A DNA stretch of 28,906 nucleotides from an uncultured archaeon (GTDB taxonomy: Archaea > Asgardarchaeota > Thorarchaeia > Thorarchaeales > Thorarchaeaceae). Both the position numbers and the translations under genes were made by a program. This document shows, in pieces, positions 26,650 through 28,906 of the stretch. The notes under the pieces are model-generated. The model had not been told where the DNA came from. It worked only from the letters and a program-made list of their open reading frames with translations, and did no database searches. Numbering within the stretch: the stretch's first letter is position 1; each line of letters begins with the position of its first letter. The stretch spans positions 1 to 28,906 of the forward strand of contig CAZVZC010000028.1 of NCBI GenBank assembly GCA_964631415.1, in the 5' to 3' direction.

Positions 26650-26769
26650 AAAGTGCTGAACTCCGTGCATCCATCTGGCACTCTGACCGCTATCAATACC
26701 GTTTCGATGATTTTCGTAGTCATGAGTGCCCAATAGCTAGGGGCAAGACTCGATACTGGTTCACTACGA
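26650..26769 (+). repeat. Conserved 120-bp non-coding element, copy B
   Basis: Collinear match to 17935-18054. Confidence 0.85.
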
Positions 26770-26868
26770 GCTTGGAGGCAGAAGGTGTGGTTTTGACTTC
26801 TCACGAAGGGCATATGACGAACCATGCACCAGCCAGTGTTGTCGTCTAAGGTAGGTGAAGTCCAGACT

Positions 26869-28906
26869 ATGCCCCGTCAGCCCGGTACCGGTTCTTTTGT
26901 GTCGAAAATGCTCTGTGTCCTCATCCTCACCCTACTGCCAGTATTCTTGATTGGTGACCTGCTTGCTTCATTGGGCTTTGTGCCTGCGATGCTACGCTCC
27001 ATTGGGATGCTTTTTGCTGCGTGTTGTTTCCTAGTTGGCGCATGTGCCATGGCGTTCATCGGCGTGTCTAGGAACAAGATCATGATCTGGCTCAGTGGCC
27101 TTGCAGCTACAATTGTGGTTGTAGCAGCCAGCGCAGTGCTCATTCTGGGACAGCTCGCTATGATTTACCCCGTCGAAGCATTGATCACGACTCTCGTAGC
27201 TGTGTCCCTTCTCTTCGCCCTTAGTAGTCGAAGGGGGCAACGCGATGCACCAAGCGTTATGTATACTAAGGCATCGCCTTTGGGCGCGGTCGTTACTTCT
27301 GCCAAGATCTCACTTCGGTCGGTCGACCTAGTGAAAGGGGTTGAGGTCGTCGGGATCCCTGACGAATACCTGGGGCTCTCCGAAGAAGCGCCCCGGTCTA
27401 GAGCCAAGAGCCAGCCCTTCTACAATCTGTTACGAGTTCTCATGGTTGCTGGTGTCCCATTGGCCTTGCGGTTGGAACGCCACTCTGGCAAGACGCGTGT
27501 CTACTACCTGACTTGGTCCCATGATGCACAGAAGATGGTATACTACGAACAGTCATTGGTTGATGCAGTACGGGCTCATCTTCCCCAGTTCGACGTCCGG
27601 ATCGTGGACGCGCTTGGACCGCTTTCGATAGACTCACAGGACATCGGAATAGCAGTCCACCTCCATGGCGAGCCGCTATCATATGAGGAAGAGAAACAGC
27701 GGGTCGACAGCCTCACGGTCATGGCGGATGTCCTCCAGCAGCTTGACAACGGAATCATTCAGGCCCATGCGATTCCCTACGAGGCAAGCGGCTCAGAACT
27801 CAGGGCGACAGAACGAGACTATCAGAAACAGATGGAACAGTCCCAACGAACAGTTTCGACATCTAATCGTGCACTCCTAGCAGAGCAGTCCCAGCTATCA
27901 ACCACCCGGGTGGATGTGCGGGCGTCCCGCCTAGCGTCCCAGACTCTTCAAGATGTCAAGAGACTGAGCAGCCGGTATCTCTGTAGAGCCGGCGTGACTG
28001 CAGCCTGTTGGGATCGAGACGACAGGCGAGCAGAGCGAAACGCTCGTAGACTCATGGACGTCTTGATGGGCACGCTCGCACCTGCTGCAAAGGAGAAGGA
28101 CTTCTCTGTCACCTTGAGAAAGAGCAAGTCAGAGTTCGAGAGAGTGTGTCGGGGGCTCCCCAGCTCTGAGCTCACAGTCCTCACTCCTGAGGAGGCTGCT
28201 GTCTTCTTCGTGCTTCCGGAGCGCGACCTTGGCATAAGGGTCAGTAAGAGGAGTTCCTTTTCCTCCGGCTCTGCCTCAGTCATAGACACTCACGCCCAAG
28301 AGAACTCAATACCGTTGCCTGCTACGCCGCCGCAGCAGCCAGTCATAGAGGCTCCGTGGTCTAGACCTGTGGCACAGTGGAAATACGACTTCGGGAGGAC
28401 CATATTGCTTGGTTACCCGTTGAACTCGGCGGGTGAACCAATCTGTGACCGGCCGATCGGGATGCGTGTTGACATGATGGACTCCCACACATACATTGGA
28501 GGAGGGACGCGGTCAGGCAAGAGCACGACGGGAATCTGCATCTCGGCACAGAGCTCAAGACTGGCCATCCCTCCCGTGGTCCTTGCAGGATCAAAAGGAC
28601 TGGAGTGGGCCGTGCTTCTGGCGGTAGACCCTGATGCGAGAGTGTTCACTCCTGGGGACCCGGGCATCGCTCCGCTCTGCTTCAATGTCTTCCGTCCTCC
28701 TCCGGGTGTTCCAGTACACAGATGGCTCGATCGGCTCGTAAATGTGTTCTGCTCTTGGATGCCCAATGACGGTGTCCTAAAGATGCATTTTGAGGACGTG
28801 TTCTACACCGCATATCGCCGGTGCGGCTGGAGCGTCAGTGACAACACGCACGGGCGGGAGATGACGCTGGTCGATCTGTACGAGGCCGCCATGGAGGTCT
28901 CAAGAA
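26869..28906 (+). CDS. Membrane-anchored HerA/VirB4/VirD4-superfamily P-loop ATPase (partial, runs off window; absent from ORF track)
   Basis: Stop-free frame of 679 codons after an AGGTGA RBS; ~4 N-terminal TM helices; LTVLTPEEAAVFFVLP; Pro-rich linker; ILLGY..SHTYIGGGTRSGKSTT (Walker A 28501-28524); FTPGDPGIAPLCFNVF. Confidence 0.88.
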   Translation, partial: MPRQPGTGSFVSKMLCVLILTLLPVFLIGDLLASLGFVPAMLRSIGMLFAACCFLVGACAMAFIGVSRNKIMIWLSGLAATIVVVAASAVLILGQLAMIYPVEALITTLVAVSLLFALSSRRGQRDAPSVMYTKASPLGAVVTSAKISLRSVDLVKGVEVVGIPDEYLGLSEEAPRSRAKSQPFYNLLRVLMVAGVPLALRLERHSGKTRVYYLTWSHDAQKMVYYEQSLVDAVRAHLPQFDVRIVDALGPLSIDSQDIGIAVHLHGEPLSYEEEKQRVDSLTVMADVLQQLDNGIIQAHAIPYEASGSELRATERDYQKQMEQSQRTVSTSNRALLAEQSQLSTTRVDVRASRLASQTLQDVKRLSSRYLCRAGVTAACWDRDDRRAERNARRLMDVLMGTLAPAAKEKDFSVTLRKSKSEFERVCRGLPSSELTVLTPEEAAVFFVLPERDLGIRVSKRSSFSSGSASVIDTHAQENSIPLPATPPQQPVIEAPWSRPVAQWKYDFGRTILLGYPLNSAGEPICDRPIGMRVDMMDSHTYIGGGTRSGKSTTGICISAQSSRLAIPPVVLAGSKGLEWAVLLAVDPDARVFTPGDPGIAPLCFNVFRPPPGVPVHRWLDRLVNVFCSWMPNDGVLKMHFEDVFYTAYRRCGWSVSDNTHGREMTLVDLYEAAMEVSR

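Noticed and set aside
17400-26800. Integron cassette array or CRISPR array
   Set aside because: No paired RYYYAAC/GTTRRRY attC ends around the hairpins, no regularly spaced repeats, and no integrase or cas genes seen.
26793-26849. 18-codon upstream ORF (TTG..TAA) before the membrane ATPase
   Set aside because: Too short and featureless to support without expression or conservation data.
26877-28766. The short ORFs listed in the track over this interval, and other antisense/overlapping ORFs across the window (e.g. 507..1064, 13221..13805, 23946..24488)
   Set aside because: They are shadows of longer, motif-bearing genes in another frame or on the other strand.

Overview
This looks like an archaeal chromosome segment: it has TATA-type promoters, GAGGTG/GGAG ribosome-binding sites and frequent TTG/GTG starts. 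An Asgard/Thorarchaeia-like origin is my inference from the gene repertoire, not proven. The left part (1-17.4 kb) is mostly housekeeping and metabolic: the end of a surface-glycan cluster (RmlD-like SDR, NAD-dependent epimerase, SAM methyltransferase, flippase), an MFS transporter, an Ntn-hydrolase, a biotin ligase, RNase HIII, an ATC-hydrolase-family protein, a membrane alpha/beta hydrolase, an M14 carboxypeptidase, a cupin, a single-Cys glycyl radical enzyme with no neighbouring activase, and a second paralogous methyltransferase. The right part (17.4-28.9 kb) is an accessory mosaic of gene fragments, virus/plasmid-like small ORFs, a secreted-protein + ABC-exporter cassette and several strongly structured non-coding elements. 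It ends in a >679-aa membrane-anchored HerA/VirB4-like P-loop ATPase that is missing from the ORF track because it runs off the window. The most notable signals are: (i) a 120-bp non-coding element with conserved blocks and conserved spacing, present twice 8.7 kb apart, directly upstream of a highly acidic low-complexity ORF and of the membrane ATPase, suggesting a co-regulated transfer/secretion system; and (ii) a ~109-nt cloverleaf-like structured element whose internal segments are perfect reverse complements of the 5' leader of the adjacent secreted-protein gene.
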